Source: an uncultured Chloroflexia bacterium (lineage in GTDB: Bacteria; Chloroflexota; Limnocylindria; Limnocylindrales; CSP1-4). Taken from it: a DNA stretch of 64,000 nt. A model generated the notes under the pieces. It was not told where the DNA came from. It saw only the letters and a program-made list of their open reading frames with translations, and searched no databases. The translations under genes were made by a program, and so were the position numbers. Below are positions 38,195 through 46,669 of the stretch, piece after piece. Numbering within the stretch: the first letter of the stretch is position 1; the number at the start of each line of letters is the position of its first letter. The stretch lies in assembly GCA_963746845.1 (NCBI GenBank), contig CAVVCZ010000005.1:384001-448000 (forward strand), given 5' to 3'.

Positions 38195-38823
38195 GCGCCT
38201 GGCGGCCGGTCCGTCGACGGCCAGGGCAGATCGCTGGCCGGAGCCTCCGCGGGTCCGGTCGCGGGTCCGGCGACGGGGTCCTCGCCGGCGCGGTTCAGGC
38301 CTGCCCACGGATCGACCTCGCGGTGGGGCGCGAGGATCTGCGCCCGGTGGTGGTTGATCGCGACGAGCTGCGAGCTCTGGCGGGCCTCCCCGACGGAATC
38401 GGACCAGAACGTGGCGTCCGTCACGGGGACGAACTGACCGGTGAGCTCGGACAGCGCCTCGCGCAGGTCGCGCTCCGGCAGCAGGTGAATCCGCCCGATG
38501 ATCCGGAAGGGCGGGATCGAGATCATCGCCTGCTCGGGGATCTTCGGCGTCCGGAGGTCCGGGCGCGGGTCCAGCACCTGGTCGGACACGGCGAACAGGA
38601 CGGCGCCGAGGTTGACCTGGGCGTACTCGGTCCGCGTCGCGATGTTCCGCGACCCGTATTCGTCGACGACCGCATCGGACAGGACGAGGAACTGTTCGTC
38701 GGCATGGTTGAGGATGTCCGTGACCCGCGCCTGGCGCGTCCGGATGTGACCCTTGATCACGAAGCTGTCCGTGTACAGGGTGAGGGGCAGCGTGATCGGC
38801 TCGCCCCCGAGCAGGTCGAACAT
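38191..38823 (-). CDS. Hypothetical protein with two repeated small beta domains (DUF6812-like)
   Basis: IKGHI..RVTDILN..FLVLSDA / IIGRIHL...FVPVTDA repeat; leaderless ATG 6 nt after TATCCT. Confidence 0.75.
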   Translation of the reverse strand: MFDLLGGEPITLPLTLYTDSFVIKGHIRTRQARVTDILNHADEQFLVLSDAVVDEYGSRNIATRTEYAQVNLGAVLFAVSDQVLDPRPDLRTPKIPEQAMISIPPFRIIGRIHLLPERDLREALSELTGQFVPVTDATFWSDSVGEARQSSQLVAINHHRAQILAPHREVDPWAGLNRAGEDPVAGPATGPAEAPASDLPWPSTDRPPGA

Positions 38824-38888
38824 GGTCGAAGGATACGCGCGCGAGATCGGCGGGACGTACGGCTTTCGGCCGTCGCGGGCCCGCGACG

Positions 38889-40619
38889 TCAGGTTCTGGC
38901 GCCCGCGGTCACCAGCTGTTCGGCTCCGTGTTGGAGCCCCTCGTACAGGGCACCGACGGTCTCGAGCGTGTCGATCTCGTCGGGCGACTTGTCGAGGCGG
39001 AGGTTGGCGATCCGCGGGAAGCGCAGCGAATAGCCCGACTGGTGACGTCGGGACCGGACGATGACGTCGAAGGCGACCTCGACCACGACGGTCGGCTCGA
39101 CCTGCCGGTAGCGCCCGAACCGGGCGATCGTGTGGTCCTCGAACCAGCGGGTCATCTCGGCGATCTCGACGTCGGTGAGCCCGCTGTAGGCCTTCCCGAT
39201 GGTGACGAGCCGCTCACCGGCCGTGTCGCGCACCGCGAACGTGTAGTCCGACAGGACGCCGTGGCGCTTGCCGTGCCCGACCTCGACCCCGACGACGACG
39301 CAGTCGATCGTCGCGAGGGCCTTCTTCATCTTCAGCCAGCCGAGGCCGCGCCGGCCGGGCGAGTAGATGGACCGTGGGTCCTTGACCATCAGCCCCTCGT
39401 TGCGCCGCTCGCGTGCGGCCCGGAACGCGTCCTCCAGCCCGTCCACCGAGGTCACCGCAGCGAGGTGGCTCAGGGCGAACACACCGCCGTCACCCGCGAG
39501 CGGCAGGCGGAGCGTCTCGAGTCGCCGGCGCCGGTCCTCGAGCGGCTCGCGCAGGAGCGCCTCGACCGCCTCGGGCGGCTGCCCCCCGCTGCCGTTCGAC
39601 GCGCCGCGATCGTCGGGACCGAGCCCCAGCGCGTCGAACGCGACGAAGATCACCGGCACCTCGGCCCGGATCGCGACCGACGGCGACTTCCGCCCGAGAC
39701 GCGCCTGGAGCGCGATGAACGGCAGCACCGACCCGTCGCGCCAGGCGAGGATCTCGCCATCGAGGATCCCGTCCCACGGCAGGTCGCGCGCGCCATCGAC
39801 GATCTCCGGGAACTGGTTCCCGATCTCGTGCAGGTCGCGCGAGTAGAGCCGGACGTCCGTCCCGTGGCGGTGGAGCTGGGCGCGGATCCCGTCGTACTTG
39901 TCCTCGACCCAGACGGGGACGCCGAGCCGCCTCACGATCTCGGCGGCGTCCTCGGCCGGCGAGGCGAGCATGAACTTGATCGGGTGGAACAACGCGAGGC
40001 TGGCATCGGCGAGGCGATCGTCGCGGGCCATCTCCGCCATGTGCCCGATGTCCCCGGTCAGCATGCCGGCCCACTTGACCGCGTCGAGCGCGCGATCGAA
40101 CGCCTTGGCGATCGCCGCTTCGACGAGGCCCTCGCGAAGCCCGATCCGGAGCTCGCCCGAGAGGACCTTGACGATGTACTTCGCCGTCATCGGGTCGGAT
40201 CGCTCGAGCAGGTCGTGGAGGATCGCACCCTTGGCGGCGGGTCCCGAAGCGGACTCGATCGCCGCGTACGCCGCGGCCACCTCCGGCAGCGTCGGCGAGA
40301 CCGACGGATCCGGGTCGTGGCCCGCGAGGGTCAGGACGTCGGCGACCGCGCGACCCAGGTCGGACGAGCGATCGTAGGCCTCGCCGAGCGCGGAGCGCGG
40401 CACGCGCGCGAGATCCGTCACGGTCGTTCCGATCGCCGACCAACCCAGGCCCGCGGCGCGCTGATCGGCCTCCGCGAACGGCCGGCCGGTGAGGAACACG
40501 ACCGCGATCGGGAGCTCGTCCGCGGTGAGGCCGGCGAGGTAGTCGGCGAGGAGAGCCGTCTTCTCGGAGGTCCGGGTCGTGGCGGCGACGCGCTCGGCGA
40601 CCTCGCTCCAGCGACGCAT
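38889..40619 (-). CDS. ATP-dependent DNA ligase (LigB-type)
   Basis: EDKYDGIR adenylation motif, LDGE, FDAL, EGLMVK, WLKMKK, LRFPR. Confidence 0.96.
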   Translation of the reverse strand: MRRWSEVAERVAATTRTSEKTALLADYLAGLTADELPIAVVFLTGRPFAEADQRAAGLGWSAIGTTVTDLARVPRSALGEAYDRSSDLGRAVADVLTLAGHDPDPSVSPTLPEVAAAYAAIESASGPAAKGAILHDLLERSDPMTAKYIVKVLSGELRIGLREGLVEAAIAKAFDRALDAVKWAGMLTGDIGHMAEMARDDRLADASLALFHPIKFMLASPAEDAAEIVRRLGVPVWVEDKYDGIRAQLHRHGTDVRLYSRDLHEIGNQFPEIVDGARDLPWDGILDGEILAWRDGSVLPFIALQARLGRKSPSVAIRAEVPVIFVAFDALGLGPDDRGASNGSGGQPPEAVEALLREPLEDRRRRLETLRLPLAGDGGVFALSHLAAVTSVDGLEDAFRAARERRNEGLMVKDPRSIYSPGRRGLGWLKMKKALATIDCVVVGVEVGHGKRHGVLSDYTFAVRDTAGERLVTIGKAYSGLTDVEIAEMTRWFEDHTIARFGRYRQVEPTVVVEVAFDVIVRSRRHQSGYSLRFPRIANLRLDKSPDEIDTLETVGALYEGLQHGAEQLVTAGART

Positions 40620-40645
40620 GGCGGCGATGGTATACCGTCCCTCCG
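40620..40645. promoter_or_regulatory. Back-to-back -10 elements for two leaderless genes
   Basis: Minus TACCAT 40632-40627 +7 nt to ATG 40619; plus TACCGT 40633-40638 +7 nt to ATG 40646. Confidence 0.75.
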
Positions 40646-41305
40646 ATGGGCCCTCGACGCTGGTTTCCGGACGCCCTGACGGGCGAGCGCGTCGTCCTCC
40701 GACGACATGCGCCGGACAACATCCGTGCGTTCGAGCGGTGGTACAGCGACCCCGAGGTGGTCCGCCTCACGCGCTACCAGGACGGCCCGATGCGCCGCGA
40801 CGAGATCGAGCGCTTCTTCGCCGCGCGCGCGCTGGGCGTCGAGTCGCTGGCGATGGCGATCCACGTCCGGGAGACGGATCGGCTGATCGGGACGTGCGCC
40901 CTGTCGCAGCTCGACGCGGACAACGGCTCCGCGCTCTACCACATCACGATCGGCGAGAAGGACGCGTGGGGCCTGGGCTACGGGACCGAGGCGACCCGCC
41001 TGATCATGGGCCACGCCTTCGACGGGCTGGGGCTCCACCGCGTCGCCCTGTCGGTGTTCGCCTTCAACGAGCGCGCGATCCGCGCCTACCAGTCCGTCGG
41101 CTTCGTCATCGAGGGTCGTGCCCGCGAGGCGATCTGGCGCGAGGGCCGCTGGTGGGACGAGCTGTCGATGAGCCTCCTGGACACGGACTGGGCGGCGATC
41201 CGGACCGGCACGACGCCGCCGCGCCGGGCGCGGTCCTCGACCGGTGGCGGGAGCGCCGGTCGGACGCCCGGCGCGCTCGCCGGCATCCTCGGCCGGCGAC
41301 GTTGA
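40646..41305 (+). CDS. GNAT acetyltransferase, RimJ/RimL family
   Basis: LTGERVVLR, WGLGYGTEA, LGLHRV, NERAIRAYQSVGFVIEG. Confidence 0.92.
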   Translation: MGPRRWFPDALTGERVVLRRHAPDNIRAFERWYSDPEVVRLTRYQDGPMRRDEIERFFAARALGVESLAMAIHVRETDRLIGTCALSQLDADNGSALYHITIGEKDAWGLGYGTEATRLIMGHAFDGLGLHRVALSVFAFNERAIRAYQSVGFVIEGRAREAIWREGRWWDELSMSLLDTDWAAIRTGTTPPRRARSSTGGGSAGRTPGALAGILGRRR

Positions 41306-41580
41306 GCAGCGAGGGTCCGGCCGCGGATGCGGCCCGTGCCGACGTCCGCGAGCTGATCAACGCCAAGGGGCATGTCGTCGAGAACGCCCGGCTGGCGGTC
41401 GACCGGCTGGAGGCCGCGTTCGAGGCGGGCGATCTGCAGCGGACCCCGGAGCTGATGCTGTTCCTCGCGGACCTCGGGCCGGCGCTCGAGCAGGACGAGG
41501 GCCAGAAGCTCGGTGGCAAGAGCGCCGAGGCGGCCCGGTTCATCCTCCGCGCGATCGACGGGGCGCTGGACGAGGCGTAG
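41302..41580 (+). CDS. Small helical hypothetical protein (92 aa)
   Basis: TTGA-coupled to the GNAT gene; coding-like codon usage. Confidence 0.7.
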   Translation: MSSEGPAADAARADVRELINAKGHVVENARLAVDRLEAAFEAGDLQRTPELMLFLADLGPALEQDEGQKLGGKSAEAARFILRAIDGALDEA

Positions 41581-41591
41581 GTCCCCGCGGT

Positions 41592-42668
41592 TCAGCCGGC
41601 GGGTGCCGGGCTCTCGCTCGTGACGGGCTCGGGCGAGGCCGTCGGCGACGGTTCCTCGGACGGCGGAGGCGTCGGTGCGGCAGGGGTCGGGCTCGGCGTC
41701 GCTGCGGGCGGCGTGACCGCGGTCGACGGCGTGGCAGCCGCCGCGGCCGCCGCATCGGCCGTCGCGGTTGCCGTCGCCGTCGGCGTCGGGTCCGGGGTCG
41801 GCGTGGGCTCCGGGGTCGGCGTCGGCGTCGGGGTCGGCGTCGGCTCGGGCAGTCCGTCGCGGGTCGGCACGATCAGGATGTAACGCCGGTACCACTCGGA
41901 CGCGCTCGAGCGGATCGAGCTTCGCCGCCAGCCGGCGCTGTACGGGTCGTCGAGCGGGCTGTCGATCTCGCGATAGGTCTGGAGCCGGTACGACGTGTCA
42001 CCGGACTTCAGGGACAGCCGGTTGATGTAGCGGTTGACGGTGCGGTCGGATCGGAGCGGGTCGGACAGCCACAGGCCGGCGACGGTGAAGTTGTCCGAGG
42101 TCGCCGGGTTCTCGCCGGTCACCACGTAGCCCGTCGCGACCTGGGCGTGACCGCCGGCATGGCCGAGGACGCCGACCGGCATGTGGTAGCGGGCGATGGA
42201 GATCACCGCGGCCTTGAGCGCGCCGTCGAACGACCCGTACGCCCGGTCGTCGTAGACCCGCTGGTTCGGGTCGGTCATCGCGGGGGTGCCCCAGCCGTAG
42301 TAGTTCAGCGCGTTCCGCCAGCCGTGCGGGTCGCTGCCCGGGCGGCCGGACGAGAGGGTGTCGTGGCTCCGCTCGAACGACAGGATCGACGTCATGTCGC
42401 GGACCACGGCCTTGTTCGAGCTGTTCTGGGTCCGGTACACGGTCCAGCGGAAGCCGTTCCCGCCGCTGTCGTTCAGGTCGATGAAGTTGAGCATCATCAT
42501 CGCCGCGGCGGCGGTGCAGGCCGTGTAGTACGGGTCCTGGTAGAGGAAGCCGGCAGCGCGATAGAGGTTGAACCGCCAGATCGTCGCCGCGGACGCGGAC
42601 ACCGGGATCAGACCCGCCAGCAGGAGCAGGCCGGAGGCAAGCGCAAGCGCCGGTCGCAGACGGATCAA
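41592..42668 (-). CDS. Secreted protein, putative C39-like cysteine peptidase with PT/PA-rich tail
   Basis: Signal peptide; Q..YTACTAAAAMMML, GGHAQVATGY, SDP spacing as in papain-like C39; TTG start after GGAGG. Confidence 0.7.
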   Translation of the reverse strand: MIRLRPALALASGLLLLAGLIPVSASAATIWRFNLYRAAGFLYQDPYYTACTAAAAMMMLNFIDLNDSGGNGFRWTVYRTQNSSNKAVVRDMTSILSFERSHDTLSSGRPGSDPHGWRNALNYYGWGTPAMTDPNQRVYDDRAYGSFDGALKAAVISIARYHMPVGVLGHAGGHAQVATGYVVTGENPATSDNFTVAGLWLSDPLRSDRTVNRYINRLSLKSGDTSYRLQTYREIDSPLDDPYSAGWRRSSIRSSASEWYRRYILIVPTRDGLPEPTPTPTPTPTPEPTPTPDPTPTATATATADAAAAAAATPSTAVTPPAATPSPTPAAPTPPPSEEPSPTASPEPVTSESPAPAG

Positions 42669-42831
42669 GCGATCGACTCCTCCGTGTCCGCCGGTCCCGG
42701 CGGATCGTGACGCGCCGCATGGTGCGGGCGGCTGCCAGCATCGGGCCCGCGTCCCGGGGAGCCAATCGACCGATCGTACCGACGGTCGCATCCCTCGATG
42801 GCGCCGGTGCAGATCGGCACCGGGCGGCGGC

Positions 42832-44106
42832 TCAGAGGTTCGGCGAAACGTCGGCCGGGCGATCGTCACGCACGATCCGCCCGCCCTGGAGCACGACGAC
42901 CGGGCGTTCCAGGAGGGTCACGTCGGCCAGCGGATCGCCGTCGACCGCGACGAGATCCGCGAACCGGCCGGCGCCGAGCGACCCCACCCGATCGGACCAG
43001 CCCATCGCGGCGGCGGCCACCGTCGTGGCAGATCGGATCGCGTCCAGCGGCGTCATCCCGGCGCGGACATACGAGGCGAACTGCCCGGCGTTCAGCCCGT
43101 GCGGATAGACGCCGCTGTCCGTGCCGAACGAGATCCGGACACCGGCGGCGATCGCCCTGCGCGCGACGATCTCGGTCGAGTCCTGGGCCTCGCGCATCTT
43201 GCGCATCGTGTCGGCCGGCCAGCCGAGGGGCTCGCCGTGCTCGAGGGCCCACTCGCCGTCGACCAGGTCGCACGTGTAGAACGTGCCCGTGTCGGCGAGC
43301 ATCGCGATCGCCTCGTCATCGAGGAACGAGCCGTGCTCCACGGATCGCGCACCGGCCCGGATCGCCCGCTTCGCGCCCTCGGCGCCGTGGGCGTGGACCG
43401 CGACGAACGCGTCGTAGTAGGCGGCTTCCTCGACGGCCGTCCGGAGCTGCTCCTCGGTGAGCTCGGGGGCGCCCGGCACGCCGCCGCGGGTCAGGATCGC
43501 GCCGGTGCCGATGCACTTGATCAGGTCCGCGCCGCCGATGAGGAGTCGCCGGACCCGGTCGCGCACCTCATCGACGGTCGTGACGACGCCGAACCGGAGA
43601 TCGTCGGGGAGCCGGATGTCCTGCGCCAGGCCGACGACGTCGCCGCCTCCCCAGGGCGACGTGACGAACGCTCCGGCGCACTGCATCCGCGGTCCGACGA
43701 CGTCGCCCCGATCGATGGCGTCGCGCAGCGCGCAGTCCGTGAAGGCCCGGAACGGCCCGAGGTCGCGAACGCTCGTGAACCCGGCCCGGAGCGTCACGCC
43801 CGCGTGCCGGACACCGATGAGCACGTCCTCGGCGGCGGACGTCGTCGTCGCCGGCACGCCGGCCTCCTGGACGTCGCCGACGAGATGGGTGTGGACATCG
43901 ATCAGGCCCGGCAGGACCGTCAGGCCCCCGAGGTCGACGACCACCGCGTCATCGGGGATCCCGTCGCCTGCCCCGGCCTCGGCGATGACACGCCCGTCCG
44001 CCACGTGCAGGACCCGATCTCGGCGGACGGTGCCGGCTTCGACGTCGAGCAGGGCGCCGCAGCGGATCGCCACGGGGCGGCGGGGATCCGGGCCTTGGGC
44101 GGGCAT
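42832..44106 (-). CDS. Metal-dependent amidohydrolase (Xaa-Pro dipeptidase-like)
   Basis: PGLIDVHTH, GFTSVRD, IK, HAHG, EHG, GTDSG; leaderless ATG 7 nt after TACGAT. Confidence 0.93.
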   Translation of the reverse strand: MPAQGPDPRRPVAIRCGALLDVEAGTVRRDRVLHVADGRVIAEAGAGDGIPDDAVVVDLGGLTVLPGLIDVHTHLVGDVQEAGVPATTTSAAEDVLIGVRHAGVTLRAGFTSVRDLGPFRAFTDCALRDAIDRGDVVGPRMQCAGAFVTSPWGGGDVVGLAQDIRLPDDLRFGVVTTVDEVRDRVRRLLIGGADLIKCIGTGAILTRGGVPGAPELTEEQLRTAVEEAAYYDAFVAVHAHGAEGAKRAIRAGARSVEHGSFLDDEAIAMLADTGTFYTCDLVDGEWALEHGEPLGWPADTMRKMREAQDSTEIVARRAIAAGVRISFGTDSGVYPHGLNAGQFASYVRAGMTPLDAIRSATTVAAAAMGWSDRVGSLGAGRFADLVAVDGDPLADVTLLERPVVVLQGGRIVRDDRPADVSPNL

Positions 44107-44130
44107 CGCGGGGATCGTACGACAACCCCC

Positions 44131-44161
44131 TTGACTCTCGACCTGCCCGAGAGTCCACGAT
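44131..44161 (+). promoter_or_regulatory. MerR-type promoter/operator (19-bp spacer with dyad)
   Basis: TTGACT 44131-44136, 19 nt, CACGAT 44156-44161; perfect inverted repeat GACTCTCG (44133-44140) / CGAGAGTC (44148-44155). Confidence 0.88.
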
Positions 44162-44167
44162 GCACCT

Positions 44168-45013
44168 GTGGATGACGACCTGCTGTCGATCGGACGGTTC
44201 GCGAGGCTCGCCGGCCTGAGCGTGGGCGCACTGCGCCACTACGACGAGCTGGACCTGCTCCGCCCGGCCGACATCGACCGCTTCACCGGCTACCGCCACT
44301 ACCGGCGGGCGCAGCTCGAGACCGCGCGGACGATCGCCCGCCTGCGCGACCTCGAGGTGCCGCTCGACGAGATCCGGGAGGTCCTGGCGATGGACGACCC
44401 GGCCGAGCAGCGGCGGCGGCTCGCCGTCCATCGGGCGCGCATCGTCGCCCGCACCGACCGACTGACCCGTCTGCTCCACGTCGTGGGGCGGATGACCGAC
44501 GGAAAGGACCCGATCATGACGAACACCGCAGCCGACCCATCGGCGGCGACCACCGTGGAGCTGGAGGCGGCGACCCACCGCCAGCTCGGGGTCGACCTGT
44601 TCAACAGCACCTGGACGCTCATCGAGCGCCCGGACCGATCGCCGGCTGAGACCGACGAGATGATCCATCGCGCGCACGCCTCGCGCTGGCACTGGGCCCG
44701 CGCTGGCACCACCGTCAACCTGGCCCGCGGCGAGTGGCTGTGCTCGCGTGTCTACGCGACGATCGGCCGCGGCGAGCCCGCCCAGTGGCACGCTCGGCGA
44801 TGTGTCGAGATCACCGAGGCGCTGACGGCCGACGAGCGGGAGAGCTGGGACCTGCCGGCCGCATACGAGGCGATGGCCCGGGCGGCGTTCGTGGGCGGCG
44901 ATGCCGTGACGGGGGCGTTGTGGAAGGGCAAGGCAACGGCCGCGCTCGCGGACATCACGGATGCGGACGATCGGTTGCCGATCGAGGGGGACCTCGCGAC
45001 ATTGCCGGGCTGA
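44168..45013 (+). CDS. MerR family transcriptional regulator with helical C-terminal domain
   Basis: LLSIGRFARLAGLSVGALRHYDELDLL.P..D.FTGYRHY; leaderless GTG. Confidence 0.95.
   Translation: MDDDLLSIGRFARLAGLSVGALRHYDELDLLRPADIDRFTGYRHYRRAQLETARTIARLRDLEVPLDEIREVLAMDDPAEQRRRLAVHRARIVARTDRLTRLLHVVGRMTDGKDPIMTNTAADPSAATTVELEAATHRQLGVDLFNSTWTLIERPDRSPAETDEMIHRAHASRWHWARAGTTVNLARGEWLCSRVYATIGRGEPAQWHARRCVEITEALTADERESWDLPAAYEAMARAAFVGGDAVTGALWKGKATAALADITDADDRLPIEGDLATLPG
44516..45013 (+). CDS. Putative in-frame short isoform (C-terminal domain only) of the MerR gene
   Basis: GGAAAGGA SD at 44501-44508 then in-frame ATG at 44516, at the coiled-coil/effector-domain boundary. Confidence 0.6.
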   Translation: MTNTAADPSAATTVELEAATHRQLGVDLFNSTWTLIERPDRSPAETDEMIHRAHASRWHWARAGTTVNLARGEWLCSRVYATIGRGEPAQWHARRCVEITEALTADERESWDLPAAYEAMARAAFVGGDAVTGALWKGKATAALADITDADDRLPIEGDLATLPG

Positions 45014-45049
45014 CCCTTGGCCCGGTCCGGCCCCAACCACGCCCTGCCC

Positions 45050-45217
45050 ATGCGCCGGGTGCGTCAAACGACGCCCGGCGCATCCGACAAGCGACGAATG
45101 GTGCGTCAGGTGCGTCAAACGGCGGCTGAACGCCCCGATTCGGCCGCCGCCAGGGCTACCCGAGTGCCCTCGCCGGTCGTTTGACGCGCCGCGCGCATGA
45201 ATCGCGATCGACGCACC
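45050..45217. repeat. Intergenic REP-like repeat cluster (GGTGCGTCAAACG)
   Basis: Copies at 45058-45070 and 45109-45121, partial 45100-45108, inverted CGTTTGACGCGCC 45178-45190, inverted partial 45209-45217; hairpin 45050-45083. Confidence 0.7.
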
Positions 45218-45252
45218 GACGGAGTCCAGCGTCGGCGCCCTAGACTCCACGG

Positions 45253-46206
45253 ATGACGCACGTGAAGATCGGGATCAACCTCTGGAGCCAGGCCTCCTCC
45301 TGGCCGGATTTCCTCGCCGCCGCCCAACGCGTGGAACGGCTCGGCTACGACAGCCTGTGGACGTGGGACCACCTCCACGCGATCATCGGCGACCCGCAGC
45401 AGCCGATCTTCGAGGGCTACACGACCCTCGGGGCGTGGGCCATGGCCACCGAGCGCGTGAAGCTCGGGTTGATGGTCGGGGCGAACACCTTCCGCAACCC
45501 GGGGCTCGTCGTGAAGAGCATCACGACCCTCGACCACATCAGCGGCGGCCGGGCGATCCTCGGGATCGGCGGCGCATGGTTCGAGTACGAGCACACCGCG
45601 CACGGGATCGACTTCGGGTCGGGGTTCGGGCAGCGACTCACCTGGCTCGACGAGTCCGTCGCCGCGATGCGGACGCTGCTCGACGGCGGCACCGTGACCT
45701 CGGCGCCGGGCGGCCGGTACCAGTTCGAGGACCTCCACCACGTCCCGGACCCGATCCAGCGTCGCGTCCCGATCATGATCGGCGGCACCGGGCGGACGAA
45801 GACCCTCCGGACGATCGCCCGCTACGGCGACCAGTGGAACGCCGCCGGGACGCCGGAGCTGCTCGCCGAGCTCACGCCGATCCTCGACAGCTATCTCGCC
45901 GGGGAGGGCCGGCCGAAGGATGCGGTGGAGCGCACCTCGAACATCTGGATGGTCATCCGGGATGACGAGCGGGAGGCGCGACGCGTCTGGGACGAGTCGA
46001 TGAGTCTCAACCGCAACGAAGTTGACCTGAAGCTGATCGCCGAGCAACGACCGATGCTCGGCAGCCCGGCGAAGATCGCGGCGCGGATCCAGCAATACGT
46101 CGATGCCGGGTTCCCGACCCAGATCCTCGAGGTGCCGGCGCCATACGACGTGGAGACCTTGGAGCGGCTGATCGGCGAGGTCGTGCCCCTGCTCCACGCC
46201 GGCTGA
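45253..46206 (+). CDS. LLM-class (probably F420-dependent) oxidoreductase
   Basis: GYDSLWTWDH, FRNPG, LDHISGGR.ILGIGGAW, PIMIGG; leaderless ATG 6 nt after TAGACT. Confidence 0.92.
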   Translation: MTHVKIGINLWSQASSWPDFLAAAQRVERLGYDSLWTWDHLHAIIGDPQQPIFEGYTTLGAWAMATERVKLGLMVGANTFRNPGLVVKSITTLDHISGGRAILGIGGAWFEYEHTAHGIDFGSGFGQRLTWLDESVAAMRTLLDGGTVTSAPGGRYQFEDLHHVPDPIQRRVPIMIGGTGRTKTLRTIARYGDQWNAAGTPELLAELTPILDSYLAGEGRPKDAVERTSNIWMVIRDDEREARRVWDESMSLNRNEVDLKLIAEQRPMLGSPAKIAARIQQYVDAGFPTQILEVPAPYDVETLERLIGEVVPLLHAG

Positions 46207-46210
46207 CGCG

Positions 46211-46663
46211 GTGCCCGAGGCCGCGCGATCCCGCTCGATCGGCAGCGCGGTTGGACGGCTGATCGCCGTCTTCGACGATCCGGCGGCGGTCGAGCAGGCT
46301 CGCACAGCGCTGATCGCCGCGGGCATCGCTCCTGCTGCGATCGAGACCTTTGCGGGGCCCGAGGCGGAGGGGGCCTTCGACCCGACTGGCGAACGCCACG
46401 GGATCCTCGGCGTCGCCTACCGGGTCCTCGAGTTCAGCTGGGCCGACCAGGCGCCCGACTTCGCCTGGTACGACGCCGCGATCCGCGAGGGCCGGATCGT
46501 GATGAGCGTCCGGGTCAAGGGCCAGCGGCATGTCGCCCACGCTGCCCGGATCGTCGACGAGCATGGCGGCCACTTCATCAACCACTTCGGCTGGTTCGAG
46601 ACCCAGGAGTTCACGCGGTGGCGCGGGGCGGAGCCGGACGTGCCCGGCTTCCTCAGGCGCTAG
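46211..46663 (+). CDS. Hypothetical protein
   Basis: Follows the LLM gene by 4 nt; LIAVFDD...GGHFINHFG; coding-like. Confidence 0.75.
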   Translation: MPEAARSRSIGSAVGRLIAVFDDPAAVEQARTALIAAGIAPAAIETFAGPEAEGAFDPTGERHGILGVAYRVLEFSWADQAPDFAWYDAAIREGRIVMSVRVKGQRHVAHAARIVDEHGGHFINHFGWFETQEFTRWRGAEPDVPGFLRR

Positions 46664-46669
46664 CCGCGA

